Shown: in pieces, positions 52,698 to 61,827 of the stretch
Layout of the letters: each line of letters starts with the position of its first letter
Numbering within the stretch: the first letter of the stretch is position 1
Assembly: GCA_963819785.1 (NCBI GenBank)
Contig: CAWFXW010000024.1
Coordinates: 87,559-151,558, forward strand
Origin: an uncultured Actinomycetes bacterium
GTDB lineage: Bacteria; Actinomycetota; Actinomycetes; Streptosporangiales; Streptosporangiaceae
Reading direction: 5' to 3'
DNA: 64,000 bases
Program-made: the position numbers and the translations under genes
The notes under the pieces: model-generated
Database searches by the model: none
Seen by the model: the letters and a program-made list of their open reading frames with translations, nothing else
What the model was told of the DNA's origin: nothing

Positions 52698-53588
52698 GTG
52701 AGATCTGGAGTTCCGGCCGCAGCCTGGGCTGAGCAGCAGGTCGCCCCGGTCCGCGATGACCCGGCCGGTCGGATCACTCTGATGGAGCGCTGCTATTACG
52801 GCCCGTTTGGCAAGGCTCCCCGGCATCTGCCGTTTCGCCGGGCGGCGATGGCGTTTATGCGCTGGCAACTCCAGCGAGGTGTGCTGCAACCACCGTTCAG
52901 TGACCGTCCCGGTAGTCCATGGTGGCGTGCGGTCAACGAGCGCATCCTTCGTGACGGCTGCGAGGCAGTGGGCCTGAGCGGGGGCCTTCCAGGTCCGCCC
53001 TCGTCCCGCACAGTCGACTACTGGATGTCCTTCGCCGACTACCCGATCGCGCGGGCCTGGTACCGGGCGCACAACGGGAGCGTGGTCGCCGCCTACCTCG
53101 AACACCGCGACCTGGCGGAGGCGGAGAACGATGCTGAGCGCTTCTTCATGAACGTCGTGCTCTGCCGGGTGCTCTACACCCACGCCCTCGTCGCCGCTCC
53201 GCGGATGTCGCTCGGATGGCTTCGTCCGCTCGCCCCGTTCCTTGGTGATCCGAGGCTCGGGATGACCGGGATCTTCTTGCAACTGTCCCGCGTGCTCCCC
53301 AACGAGTACCCCCTCCGCGGCAGCGTGCAGTCTTACCTCAGTGCCGAACACGGATTCGGCCGCCTTGTGGATTTCGGGATGATCGTCCCGAGGTTGCAGC
53401 AGCTCTACGAGTGGTCAGCACACGAACTCGCAGCGCCGGGCCTACTTGATTGTGTCCGTGACGGAGCCATGACCTACGCATGGTCATTCGAGGACCGAAA
53501 CGTCTGGCGGCCACCGAAGTCGTTTATCCTTCAGATGGCCCGGCGGGCGCTGCCGCCCGAACGACGTGCCTGGGCGCCGGGCCATTAG
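52698..53588 (+). CDS. Hypothetical protein, no family recognised
   Basis: 296-aa ORF of protein-like composition (WWRAVNERILRDG..., FFMNVVLCRVLYTHALV...). The start is uncertain (GTG 52698 or ATG 52782). Confidence 0.5.
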   Translation: MRSGVPAAAWAEQQVAPVRDDPAGRITLMERCYYGPFGKAPRHLPFRRAAMAFMRWQLQRGVLQPPFSDRPGSPWWRAVNERILRDGCEAVGLSGGLPGPPSSRTVDYWMSFADYPIARAWYRAHNGSVVAAYLEHRDLAEAENDAERFFMNVVLCRVLYTHALVAAPRMSLGWLRPLAPFLGDPRLGMTGIFLQLSRVLPNEYPLRGSVQSYLSAEHGFGRLVDFGMIVPRLQQLYEWSAHELAAPGLLDCVRDGAMTYAWSFEDRNVWRPPKSFILQMARRALPPERRAWAPGH

Positions 53589-53816
53589 CCCGGGTCTGGC
53601 AAGGGCAGCGCGCCGCGTGGAGAGATAGAAACGAAGTACGGCGATAGCCTTGACAGCCACCGGCGCATGAGCACCCACGCCGTGCGCTAGTTCGGATGGC
53701 ATCAAGCCGTCCAGCGTGGCCGCTAGTTCGGTACGAAGAGGGCCATGAGTGCAGGCAACCCCGGCAGCGTACGGGTGGAACTGGGATGTCCTGACCCGAA
53801 CAGCCGTAGGAGGATC

Positions 53817-54629
53817 TCACGCCGCCTGCAGCTCCACCCGTTTGCTCCCGCCGTGCAGGAACGCGGTGATCAGCGGGCCGACGTCGTGCGCGCTGTCCAG
53901 CAGGAGGAGGTGCCCCCCGCCTTTGACGGTGTGCAGCCGCGCCGACGGGATCAGTCTCGCCATCACCCGGTGGTTCACGTGTGGTGTCACCGGGTCGTCG
54001 TCCCCGCACAGGACCAGCGTCTCGTGCCGGATCGACGGCAGGCGGTGCAAGCTGGTCCACCCGGCGAGCGCGGACAGGCGGAACGTCGCAGCCCGGAGGC
54101 TGCCCGGCTTGGTCATCTTGAGGCCCGCGGCCAGTTCCGGCTCGGTCCTCATCCGCCCGCCGAACATCGCGCCTGCGCTCCGGGCGAGCCGGTCGGGGTG
54201 GTAGCCGCGCGGGTGCATCATGCGCAACAGCGCCGAGGGTTGGCCGGGCATCGCTGGCCCGCCGAACGAGGTGGACGCCAGGATCAGCTTGTCTACCCGC
54301 TCGGGGTGAGACAGGGCCATCTGCTGGGCGACGGCGCCGCCGAACGACACGCCCAGGACGTGAGCGGAGGCTAGGCCCAGCTGATCCAGGATGCCCGCGC
54401 CGATGTCGGCCAGGCCCCGCATCGACATCGGGGATGACGGCACCTGGGAGGAGCCGATGCCTGGGGCGTCGTAGGTGATCACCCGGAAGCCGTGCAGATG
54501 CTCGATGAGAGGGCCCCATTGGTGCATCTCGCTGAAGATGCCGGAGTGGAGGAGGATCGGGAGACCCTCACCCGCCGACTGAGCTTGGATACGCAGGCCT
54601 TGGATGGTCAGTTGATGGTCGCGGATCAT
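53817..54629 (-). CDS. Alpha/beta-fold hydrolase
   Basis: HSGIF oxyanion region, a GVSFGG nucleophile elbow and a C-terminal GGGHLLLLD. ATG 54629 (MIRDHQLTIQG) is preferred. Confidence 0.85.
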   Translation of the reverse strand: MIRDHQLTIQGLRIQAQSAGEGLPILLHSGIFSEMHQWGPLIEHLHGFRVITYDAPGIGSSQVPSSPMSMRGLADIGAGILDQLGLASAHVLGVSFGGAVAQQMALSHPERVDKLILASTSFGGPAMPGQPSALLRMMHPRGYHPDRLARSAGAMFGGRMRTEPELAAGLKMTKPGSLRAATFRLSALAGWTSLHRLPSIRHETLVLCGDDDPVTPHVNHRVMARLIPSARLHTVKGGGHLLLLDSAHDVGPLITAFLHGGSKRVELQAA

Positions 54630-54858
54630 GTGGCGGGCTCCATTACCTCGTCGCTGCGTGCGATGGTGAGCGCTGCGCGAGAGAGTCAAGAGCAGCCAGT
54701 AGTAATAAATTTACCATGCAAACAGCTCTTATGACAGAACTTAACCCACATCATCACACCAGGGCCGGCGCGGGCGGCATCCTCAACCATGGCGGCACGC
54801 TGATCCTGACCGCCAGCAAGGCCGATGACAGCACTGCGGCCGAGGGAGGCGGCGGCAT

Positions 54859-55018
54859 TGACAGCTTTCCGACTGGCACGCCGCCCAGATGCGGCGTGAC
54901 GTGCTTCTTGAGCAGCCACCTGTAATTGTCGGCTGAGCGCGGATGCAAGCCCGGGCGCTGAGCAATCAAGGCGGCGCCGCTGCGCGGCACCGCGGCCGGC
55001 AATCCCAGCGCTGGCCAA
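54859..55018 (-). pseudogene. Tyrosine-integrase N-terminal (SAM-like) fragment
   Basis: HPRSADNYRWLLKKHVTPHLGGVPVGKLS resembles the integrase core-binding domain. The flanking frame gives LASAGIAGRGAAQRRRL. No catalytic domain is present. Confidence 0.4.
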
Positions 55019-55019
55019 C

Positions 55020-55250
55020 TTGCGGCTGGAGGAGATGTTCGGCTACGAGCACGCCGAGCTGATCGGCCGCCGGGTCGAGTGCCTGGTGCCCATCGACCTT
55101 CAGGCAGGTCACCGCGGCCACCGGGCCGCCTACGCCCAGGCACCCAGGGCCCGGCCGATGGGCACCAGGCCGCGGCTGGTCGCGCTGCGCAAAGACGGAA
55201 TCACCTTCCCGGCCGAGATCAGCCTCAGCCCGGTGGCCACCGCGACTGGC
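55020..55250 (+). pseudogene. PAS-domain fragment
   Basis: LEEMFGYEHAELIGRRVECLVP...RPMGTRPRLVALRKDGITFPAEISLSP is the C-half of a PAS fold. There is no upstream or downstream sensor context. Confidence 0.6.
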
Positions 55251-55372
55251 ACCGTGCCCAGGCGTTCTACCGTAAGCATGGCTTCCGGGCGGACGGAGCC
55301 AGGAAGCACGACCACGACCTCGACATTGATGAGGTTCGCATGGTGCGGCACGTCGCAGAGTCCCATCCCTGA
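55250..55372 (+). pseudogene. GNAT acetyltransferase C-terminal fragment
   Basis: A different frame from the PAS piece: RAQAFYRKHGFRADGARKHDHDLDIDEVRMVR followed by a stop. Confidence 0.55.
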
Positions 55373-55632
55373 GCTTGACATGGCGGCCGCGGCCCGAAAT
55401 ATGGCAGCTATCGAGGGCGCCGGGAGGTAAGCCCAGGTCAGCGGCTCATGTTTGCCTCTGGGTATCCAGTCCGTTGATGCGCTGGCCACGGCCGCGTGGC
55501 CTTGACGTGCCATTGGCCCACGGCACGACGAGGCCGGAGGCGAGGCTCGGGCTCGGCTCATCTTCATGGAGTAATAAGGTCAGCCCACGGTGAGGACCAA
55601 AGCCCCTGCCCGGGCCATGCATCCGTGGCGGT

Positions 55633-55896
55633 ATGCCTGGGGTGGAGGTGGAAACTGTGATCACACTGCTTACCGTTGATGAGGAACTCCAGCACGTCTG
55701 CGCGATCTTTCGCGAGCAGGCTGACCGAGGCGAAATCACTCCTATCGAGCGTGACCTCCTGATCGATGGCGCCATTCTGCTCGCCATGCATGTCGACGAC
55801 GACCTGGCCCGGGATGGCGCTAGCTCGGATTCCGGCTGGCCAGAAAGGGCGCTACCGAAGCCGGCTGGGCGGCACGAACGACGAGCGGCCGCCTGA
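55633..55896 (+). CDS. Hypothetical small protein
   Basis: 87-aa ORF in AT-richer DNA with protein-like composition (VITLLTVDEELQHVCAIFREQADRGEITPIERDLLIDGAILLAMHV). No RBS or family support. Confidence 0.3.
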   Translation: MPGVEVETVITLLTVDEELQHVCAIFREQADRGEITPIERDLLIDGAILLAMHVDDDLARDGASSDSGWPERALPKPAGRHERRAAA

Positions 55897-55965
55897 ACTG
55901 ATGCATCGTCCGGGCGCTACTTAGCGGACCGCCCGAGGCTGCCGGGAGCCCGGCCGGTTGACGTT

Positions 55966-56335
55966 TCAGGGCAGCAGGGTCAGTGCATCTACGTGCCTCG
56001 GCCGGACCACGGTGAAGTGACGGCGGTCCAATGTCGCCACATCGGTCAGCCCGAGCCGTCGGCTACCGCGACAACCGAGGCGTCGGTGGTTCCCAGCGGA
56101 AGGCTCTCATGCGTATTCACCAGGTCTGCCATCCGCGCAAAGTCGGCGCTCGTCAGGTCGACAGGCGTGAAGTCCCCATCGGCGAGGGACTGCAGGAACA
56201 ACGACTCCACGCGGGCACCGGCTTGGCGCGCCAGGAGGTAGCCGACCTCAGCGACGACAGTCGCTGGCACCAGCAGTTCGCGCCGGGCCGCATGCAGCGC
56301 GCTGAACAGCTCAACGCATGTCTTATGCCGTGCCG
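55966..56335 (-). pseudogene. PIN-domain (VapC-like) toxin remnant, frameshifted and N-terminally eroded
   Basis: ELLVPATVVAEVGYLLARQAG...LGTTDASVVAVA is in ORF 56046-56270. The C-terminus (LGLTDVATLDRRHFTVVRP...LLP*) is in the adjacent frame. No intact antitoxin lies upstream. Confidence 0.55.
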
Positions 56336-56585
56336 CGCAATCTGGTACGGGTTGCGAGGCCCGGCTAGTGTTCGGCTATGAGCCGCACCGGGCCGACACA
56401 CCTTGACATTTCTCAGGGAACTGCAGTGATCATGCTCGTGGTGGTCGTCGCCGTGCTGGTGCTGGTAGGGCTCGTCGTCCGGCATGGCATGAACCGGCAT
56501 GGCATGAAACAGCCGTTCGCGTGCCGGGACCGGACGCCAAGGCCATAGCCAGCCTCAGTCCAGTACGTCCGACACCGGCAGGTGT

Positions 56586-57038
56586 CTAGCCAAGTTGGGC
56601 GGCCAGGGCCTCGTAGGAGGGCTTGAGCTCCTGCCACCGGGCCTCGAGGTCGCATCGCTCCTGCCCGGAGATGTGTGCGGCTAGGTCTTCGATGTGGACC
56701 TGTATCCCGGCTCCGTAGTCAGCGAGCAGGCTCACGGGCATGCCCCGTTCTTCGAGGATCAGGATGGTGTGGTCGCCGTCAGCGGTGAGCGTGACCTCCG
56801 CGGCGTGCTCGTCCACCTGGCGGACGTGTCTGGTCATCACCAGCAGATGCCGCGGGGGCTCGCACACGTCGATCCGCCCGGTGCCTTCCCATCCGTCAAA
56901 AAAGCGCGCCCGGAACTCACCGCCCAGGCCGGCACCGTGCCGGTCGAGTGCGGGCGGATCGGCGGCGACGTCGTGTAGCGCCGAGGCTCTCCGATCGCCG
57001 CTATCGTCCCGGTATTCGCCGTGGTTTACCGCGAGCAC
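56586..57038 (-). CDS. SRPBCC (AHSA1/START-like) family protein
   Basis: GGEFRARFFDGWEGTGRIDVCEPPRHL...TLTADGDHTILILEERGMP...YGAGIQVHIEDLAAHISG is typical of Aha1-like SRPBCC proteins. Confidence 0.7.
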   Translation of the reverse strand: MLAVNHGEYRDDSGDRRASALHDVAADPPALDRHGAGLGGEFRARFFDGWEGTGRIDVCEPPRHLLVMTRHVRQVDEHAAEVTLTADGDHTILILEERGMPVSLLADYGAGIQVHIEDLAAHISGQERCDLEARWQELKPSYEALAAQLG

Positions 57039-57490
57039 CAGAAGGCTCCGCTATAAAGCGGACCCCGAGCAGCCATTTTTATGACGTGAATATCGCCGCG
57101 GCCCGGGCTTCCGCACGAGGCTCAGCTGAGACGGCCCGCCCGGCGGGCCCTGCCATCCCCTGGAACTTCCCCTTTCCCCAGGCGTTTGAATTTCGGCGCG
57201 TGCGTTGCGGACGGAGATGATCGCCCTGATGTACCTGGTGGCAGGCCGCGGTCCGACGCTGGGACCCGGGAACCAAGGCTGGACCGCGACGGTCATGTTC
57301 ATATTCCTGATCGTGATCGCAGCGGGAATTGTGGCGATACCCCTGCCAGAGCAGGGTTTTGACCCACAATCCCTTCCCGCGCCCGTGCGGGCAACCGCTG
57401 CATGGCGGCTGGCCTCGAATCCGGATTGGCAGCGTCACTCCGGACCTGCGTCACTCCGGATGGGCAGCGTCACTCCGGCCCGCACCTGCG

Positions 57491-57826
57491 TCACTGGTTC
57501 CCTGGGACGCCCGTCGCGTTGACGCTCACGTCCAGGCTGCCCGGCTGGATCGTCAACGTGAACCCGGAACTGTTACCGATACCCGTCCCGCCGCCGCCTC
57601 GCGGCACGACCGCACCGCCGTAGTCCCGGTACGTGATCATGACGCCGGTCAGATCGCAGGCCGTGTGCGACACGGTTACCGGCACCTTCCGCACGTTCAC
57701 CTGGGCGCCCGGATGCCCGCAGGCCGCCCGGAACTCGGCCGGGACCGCCGCTCGCGAGCTGGCCGCCGGACTGCCGCACGCGGCGGCACCGATCACCGCC
57801 CCGGCCAGGACGAGCACCCGGCTCAT
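57491..57826 (-). CDS. Lipoprotein, function unknown
   Basis: MSRVLVLAGAVIGAAAC lipobox signal with a small beta-rich mature part. Confidence 0.6.
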   Translation of the reverse strand: MSRVLVLAGAVIGAAACGSPAASSRAAVPAEFRAACGHPGAQVNVRKVPVTVSHTACDLTGVMITYRDYGGAVVPRGGGGTGIGNSSGFTLTIQPGSLDVSVNATGVPGNQ

Positions 57827-57967
57827 CGTCATGGCCGGGCACGGCATGCGGCGCAGCTCTCTCACGATCATCGGACGCGTCCCGTCGCCCTCCGGTTCCA
57901 TCGGCGCCGAACAGGGCGGGGCCCGCGCCGCCTCCCGAGGTGACGGGATAACACGGGATAAACGAGC

Positions 57968-58742
57968 TCAGCTCGGCTTGACACTGATCCGCGTGCCGAG
58001 TTCGGCGCCCTCGCAGATCTTCCGCATGACGCCGGCGGCGGCCACGTCGAATACGTGCATGGTCAGGTTCTGCTCGTTGGCCAGGACGAACGCGCTGGTG
58101 TCCATGATCCGGACGCCCGTCGCCAGCGCCTCGTCATAGGTCAGCCGCGTGTAGCGGACCGCGTGCGGGTTGACGTTGGGGTCGCTGTCGTAGAACCCCG
58201 TCGACGCCGCGCTTGGCCACCAGCAGGGCATCAGCGTCGAGCTCCAGGGAGCGCTGCACGGCCGGGTAGTCGGTGGTGACGTAGGGCTGGCCGATGCCGC
58301 CCGCGAGCAGCACGATCATGCCGCGTTCCAGGTGGTGCACGGCCCGGAGCCGGATGAACGGCTCGGCGACGCTGTGGATGGGTACCGCGGTCATGACCCG
58401 GATGTCGACGTCCGTCCGGGCCGTGAGCGCGCCGCGGAGCATGAGCGCGTTCATGATCGTGCCGAGCATCCCGATGTTGTCCGCCTCGGCCCGGCTGATG
58501 CCCCAGCCCTCGGCCATCCGGCCGCGGAAGTAGTTGCCGCCGCCGACCACGACCGCCACCTGCACGCCGAGATCGCGGAGGGACAGAACCTCCTGCGCTA
58601 CCCGGGACAAGCTGGCCGGATCGACTCCGGTGGTGGCATTCCCGGCGAGCGCCTCACCGCTGAGCTTGACGACGACCCTGCGATAGCGTGGCACAGTCTC
58701 CGAACCCCCATCCGGCTCCCCGAAGCGGCGACCCCGGCCCAC
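57968..58742 (-). CDS. UMP kinase-like (amino-acid kinase family) protein, frameshift near 58205
   Basis: VVVKLSGEAL...VVVGGGNYFRG...MLGTIMNAL is in ORF 58134-58742. The C-part (YDSDPNVNPHAVRYTRLTYDE...IMDTSAF) is in ORF 57968-58231. Confidence 0.75.
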
Positions 58743-58833
58743 CGTACCGCATGCCTATACCCGGTCTAATGGGATTCACGGCCGCCGCCGGCGAGGGCAA
58801 GATCACACCACCAGTGAGGGGAGCAACCCGGCG

Positions 58834-59514
58834 ATGAGCACGATCTCGCTGGTCACCGGGGCCAATCGCGGCATCGGCCGGGAGGTCTGCCGCCAGCTCA
58901 CCGAACTCGGTCACACCGTGATTCTCACCGCCCGCGATGCCCGGGCCGCCGCGGCGGCCGCGCGGGCGATCCGGGCCGAGCCGCTGACGCTCGACGTCAC
59001 CGACCCGGCTGGCCCCGCCCGCGCCGCACGCTGGACTCAAGACCGGTACGGCAGGCTCGACCTCCTGATCAACAACGCCGCGATCACCTACGACACGTGG
59101 CAGCGAGCGGTCACCGCCGACCTGGCCGTGGTCCGGGCGGCGGCCGAGACCAACCTGTACGGACCGTGGCTCATGGTCCAGGAGTTCCTGCCGCTGCTCC
59201 GCCGCAGCGATCATCCCCGGATCGTCAACGTCTCCAGCGAGGCGGCCTCGCTGGCCAGCATGGGCGGCGGGACCCCGGCCTACACCGCGTCGAAGGCGGC
59301 GCTCAACGCGCTGACCAGGATGCTCGCCGACGAGCTGCGCCGGGACAAGATCCTGGTCAACGCGGTCTGCCCCGGCTGGGTCGCCACCGACATGGGCGGG
59401 CCGGGCGGAAGGCCGGTGACCGAGGGCGCGGCCAGCGTGGTCTGGGCGGCCACCCTGCCCGACTCCGGCCCGACCGGCGGCTTCTTCCGCGACGGGCAGC
59501 CCCTGCCCTGGTAG
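58834..59514 (+). CDS. Short-chain dehydrogenase/reductase (SDR)
   Basis: TGANRGIG cofactor motif, NNAA, and YTASKAAL catalytic Tyr-Lys. Confidence 0.9.
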   Translation: MSTISLVTGANRGIGREVCRQLTELGHTVILTARDARAAAAAARAIRAEPLTLDVTDPAGPARAARWTQDRYGRLDLLINNAAITYDTWQRAVTADLAVVRAAAETNLYGPWLMVQEFLPLLRRSDHPRIVNVSSEAASLASMGGGTPAYTASKAALNALTRMLADELRRDKILVNAVCPGWVATDMGGPGGRPVTEGAASVVWAATLPDSGPTGGFFRDGQPLPW

Positions 59515-59534
59515 CGAACGAAAGCCCCGGCGGG

Positions 59535-59600
59535 GAACGAACCAGGGAACGAACCCAGGAACGAACCAGGGAACGAACCCAGGAACGAACCAGGGAACGG
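59535..59600. repeat. 12-bp tandem repeat x5.5, alternating gaacgaaccagg / gaacgaacccag
   Basis: Read directly in the 88-nt gap between the convergent SDR and ppa genes. Confidence 0.88.
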
Positions 59601-59602
59601 AC

Positions 59603-60094
59603 TCAGTGCTCCGCGGCCTCGGCGAAGCACTTGCGGCTCTGTTCGACCTGCGCCTCGGCCGCCGCGCGGTCCGCCCACGCGGCGCCCTGGACCGACTTCC
59701 CGGGCTCGATCTCCTTGTAGACCTCGAAGAAGTGCTGGATCTCCAGCCGGTCGAACGCTGGCACGTCGGAGATGTCGCGCAGGTGCGCCATCCGCGGGTC
59801 GGTGGCGGGCACGCACAGCACCTTGTCGTCCAGGCCCTTCTCGTCCCGCATCCGGAACATGCCGATCACCCGGCAGGTGATGAGGCAGCCGGGGAAGGTG
59901 GGCTCCTCGAGGAGGACCAGCGCATCGAGCGGGTCGCCGTCATCGGCCAGTGTGTCTTCGATGAAGCCGTAGTCGGACGGGTACCTGGTCGAGGTGAACA
60001 GCATGCGGTCCAGCCTGATCCGCCCGGTCTCGTGGTCCACCTCGTACTTGTTGCGCTGTCCCTTGGGGATTTCGACGGTGACCTCGACGTCCAC
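59603..60094 (-). CDS. ppa: Inorganic pyrophosphatase
   Basis: [14 protein letters not shown]...[23 protein letters not shown] family I PPase signature. Confidence 0.94.
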   Translation of the reverse strand: MDVEVTVEIPKGQRNKYEVDHETGRIRLDRMLFTSTRYPSDYGFIEDTLADDGDPLDALVLLEEPTFPGCLITCRVIGMFRMRDEKGLDDKVLCVPATDPRMAHLRDISDVPAFDRLEIQHFFEVYKEIEPGKSVQGAAWADRAAAEAQVEQSRKCFAEAAEH

Positions 60095-60218
60095 GGTTTC
60101 GCTCCATCCCGATCCGGGTGATTAACTCCATTGTCTCCGCAGTAAGCGCCAGGAGGCCAACCCTGGCACCCCTGGCATCCGCAGTACTATCGGGACCTCG
60201 CGCGAGGTGGTTTAGCGA

Positions 60219-61670
60219 ATGGTGCGCCGCACACGGATCGCGGCACTGCTGACGCTGGCCATGATCAACGTGTTCACGCTGGCGGCCGGCATCGCCGTGG
60301 CCCGCATGCTCCCGCCGCGCCTGGCCGCCCTGAAGGTGCCTACGGTTGCGGCCGGCGCCCTGGCCGGCACGGCCCCCGCGCTCAGCCCCGGAAGCAACGG
60401 CGCCGGCACCCAGGATGGCCCGCTGCCCACCGCCAGCGGCCTGCGCGCCGCGCTGGCCGGCCCGCTCTCCGCGCCCGCCCTCGGGTCCCGGGTATCGGTG
60501 CTGGTCGCGGACCCGGTCACCGGGCGGGTCCTGCTCTCCGAGCACGGTGCCCGGTCCATGACCCCCGCGTCCACCGCCAAGCTGGTCACCGGCCTGGCGG
60601 CTCTCGCGGTCCTCGGCCAGAACGCCCGGTTCACCACCAAGGTCGTCAGCGGGGCCACGCCGGACAGCATCATCCTGGTCGGCGGCGGTGACCCGGCCCT
60701 GGCGGTGAACTCGTTCCCGGCCCAGGACTACCCCCAGCCGGCCACGCTGGCCAGCCTGGCCAAGGCCACCGCCCGGACGCTGAAAGCGCACGGCCGCGGG
60801 ACCGTCGCCCTGGGCTACGACACGTCGCTGTACACCGGCCCGGGCCTGGCGCCCGGCTGGCCCGGGTCCTACGTCAGCGGGGGCGACGTCACTCCTGTCG
60901 TCTCCCTGGAGGTGGACCAGGGCCGGCTGACCGCGGCCGGCCGGCCCGAGGACTCCGACGATCCGTACAACCTGGCCGCCCGCGCGACGGACCCGGCCGG
61001 GATGGCCGCCCGCGCCTTCGCCGCCCTGCTGAGTGCCGACGGCATCCATGTCACAGGAGACCCGCAACCCCAGACCGCCGCTACCAAAACCACCAGGACC
61101 ACGCTGGCCAGCGTGACCTCGCCGCCGCTGTCCGCCCTGGTGGCGCAGATGCTGGAGGAGAGCAACAACGTCATCGCCGAGAACCTGGCCCGCCAGGTCG
61201 CGCTGGCCACCGGTCAGCCGGCCTCGTTCAGCGGCGCGGCAAGGGCGGTCATCGCCGGGCTGAAGCGGCTCGGCGTCACCGCCGGCATCCACCTGGCGGA
61301 CGGCAGCGGCCTGTCGCCTCAGGATGCGATCGCGCCGGTCACGCTGGTCCGGGTCCTCGAGGTCGCCGCGGACCACCCGGCCTACCGGGCCCTGCTGGCC
61401 GGCCTCCCGGTGGCCGGCTTCTCCGGCACGCTGTCGGCTGGCGAGAGCGTGTTCAGCGGGATCAAGGGCGCGGCCCTGGGCTCGGTCCGGGCCAAGACCG
61501 GCAACCTGGGCACGGTCACCTCCCTGGCCGGCCTGGCCTACGACAAGAGCGGCCGGGTGCTGGTCTTCGCGCTCATGGCCGACCAGGTCCCGTCGGCCGG
61601 GGTGCTCGACAAAGCGGCGGAGGCCATCGACGCCGCCGCCACCGCCCTGGCCGGCTGCGGCTGCCGTTAA
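60219..61670 (+). CDS. dacB: D-alanyl-D-alanine carboxypeptidase/endopeptidase (PBP4 family)
   Basis: N-terminal TM/signal, SxxK (PASTAKL), SNN (ESNNVIAE) and KTG (AKTGNL). Confidence 0.9.
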   Translation: MVRRTRIAALLTLAMINVFTLAAGIAVARMLPPRLAALKVPTVAAGALAGTAPALSPGSNGAGTQDGPLPTASGLRAALAGPLSAPALGSRVSVLVADPVTGRVLLSEHGARSMTPASTAKLVTGLAALAVLGQNARFTTKVVSGATPDSIILVGGGDPALAVNSFPAQDYPQPATLASLAKATARTLKAHGRGTVALGYDTSLYTGPGLAPGWPGSYVSGGDVTPVVSLEVDQGRLTAAGRPEDSDDPYNLAARATDPAGMAARAFAALLSADGIHVTGDPQPQTAATKTTRTTLASVTSPPLSALVAQMLEESNNVIAENLARQVALATGQPASFSGAARAVIAGLKRLGVTAGIHLADGSGLSPQDAIAPVTLVRVLEVAADHPAYRALLAGLPVAGFSGTLSAGESVFSGIKGAALGSVRAKTGNLGTVTSLAGLAYDKSGRVLVFALMADQVPSAGVLDKAAEAIDAAATALAGCGCR

Positions 61671-61767
61671 CGGCAACAAGGGCAAACGGCAACAAGGGCA
61701 AGCGGCAACAAGGCAAGCAGCCGCAAGGACAAGCAGCCGCAAGGACAAGCAGCCGCAAGGACAACAG
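61671..61767. repeat. 16-bp tandem repeats in two families (3x cggcaacaagggcaaR, 3x cagccgcaaggacaaS)
   Basis: Read directly. They start immediately after the dacB stop, 60 nt upstream of the metalloprotease GTG. Confidence 0.88.
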
Positions 61768-61827
61768 GACTACCGCTAAACGAGCCTGCCGGTTACGCGC
61801 ACTGTCGGCAGCACGTACCGTTGGACT

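Noticed and set aside
52368-53351. The long N-terminal extension of ORF 51891-53351.
   Set aside because: It is antisense to ORF 52698-53588 and has junk-like composition. A strong AGGAGG precedes the internal ATG at 52367.
54754-55143. An intact integrase or other recombinase that could serve the tRNA-Gly att-like repeats.
   Set aside because: Only a core-binding-domain-like fragment of about 35-50 aa is present. The catalytic R-H-R-Y region is found nowhere in the window.
56336-56585. A His/Asp-rich mini-ORF (MPVHAMPDDEPYQHQHGDDHHEHDHC...) as a metal-binding peptide, or a VapB antitoxin upstream of the PIN remnant.
   Set aside because: The ORF continues out of frame into the PIN remnant, arises partly from a 15-bp duplication, and has no RBS. 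No antitoxin-like fold or intact frame was found.
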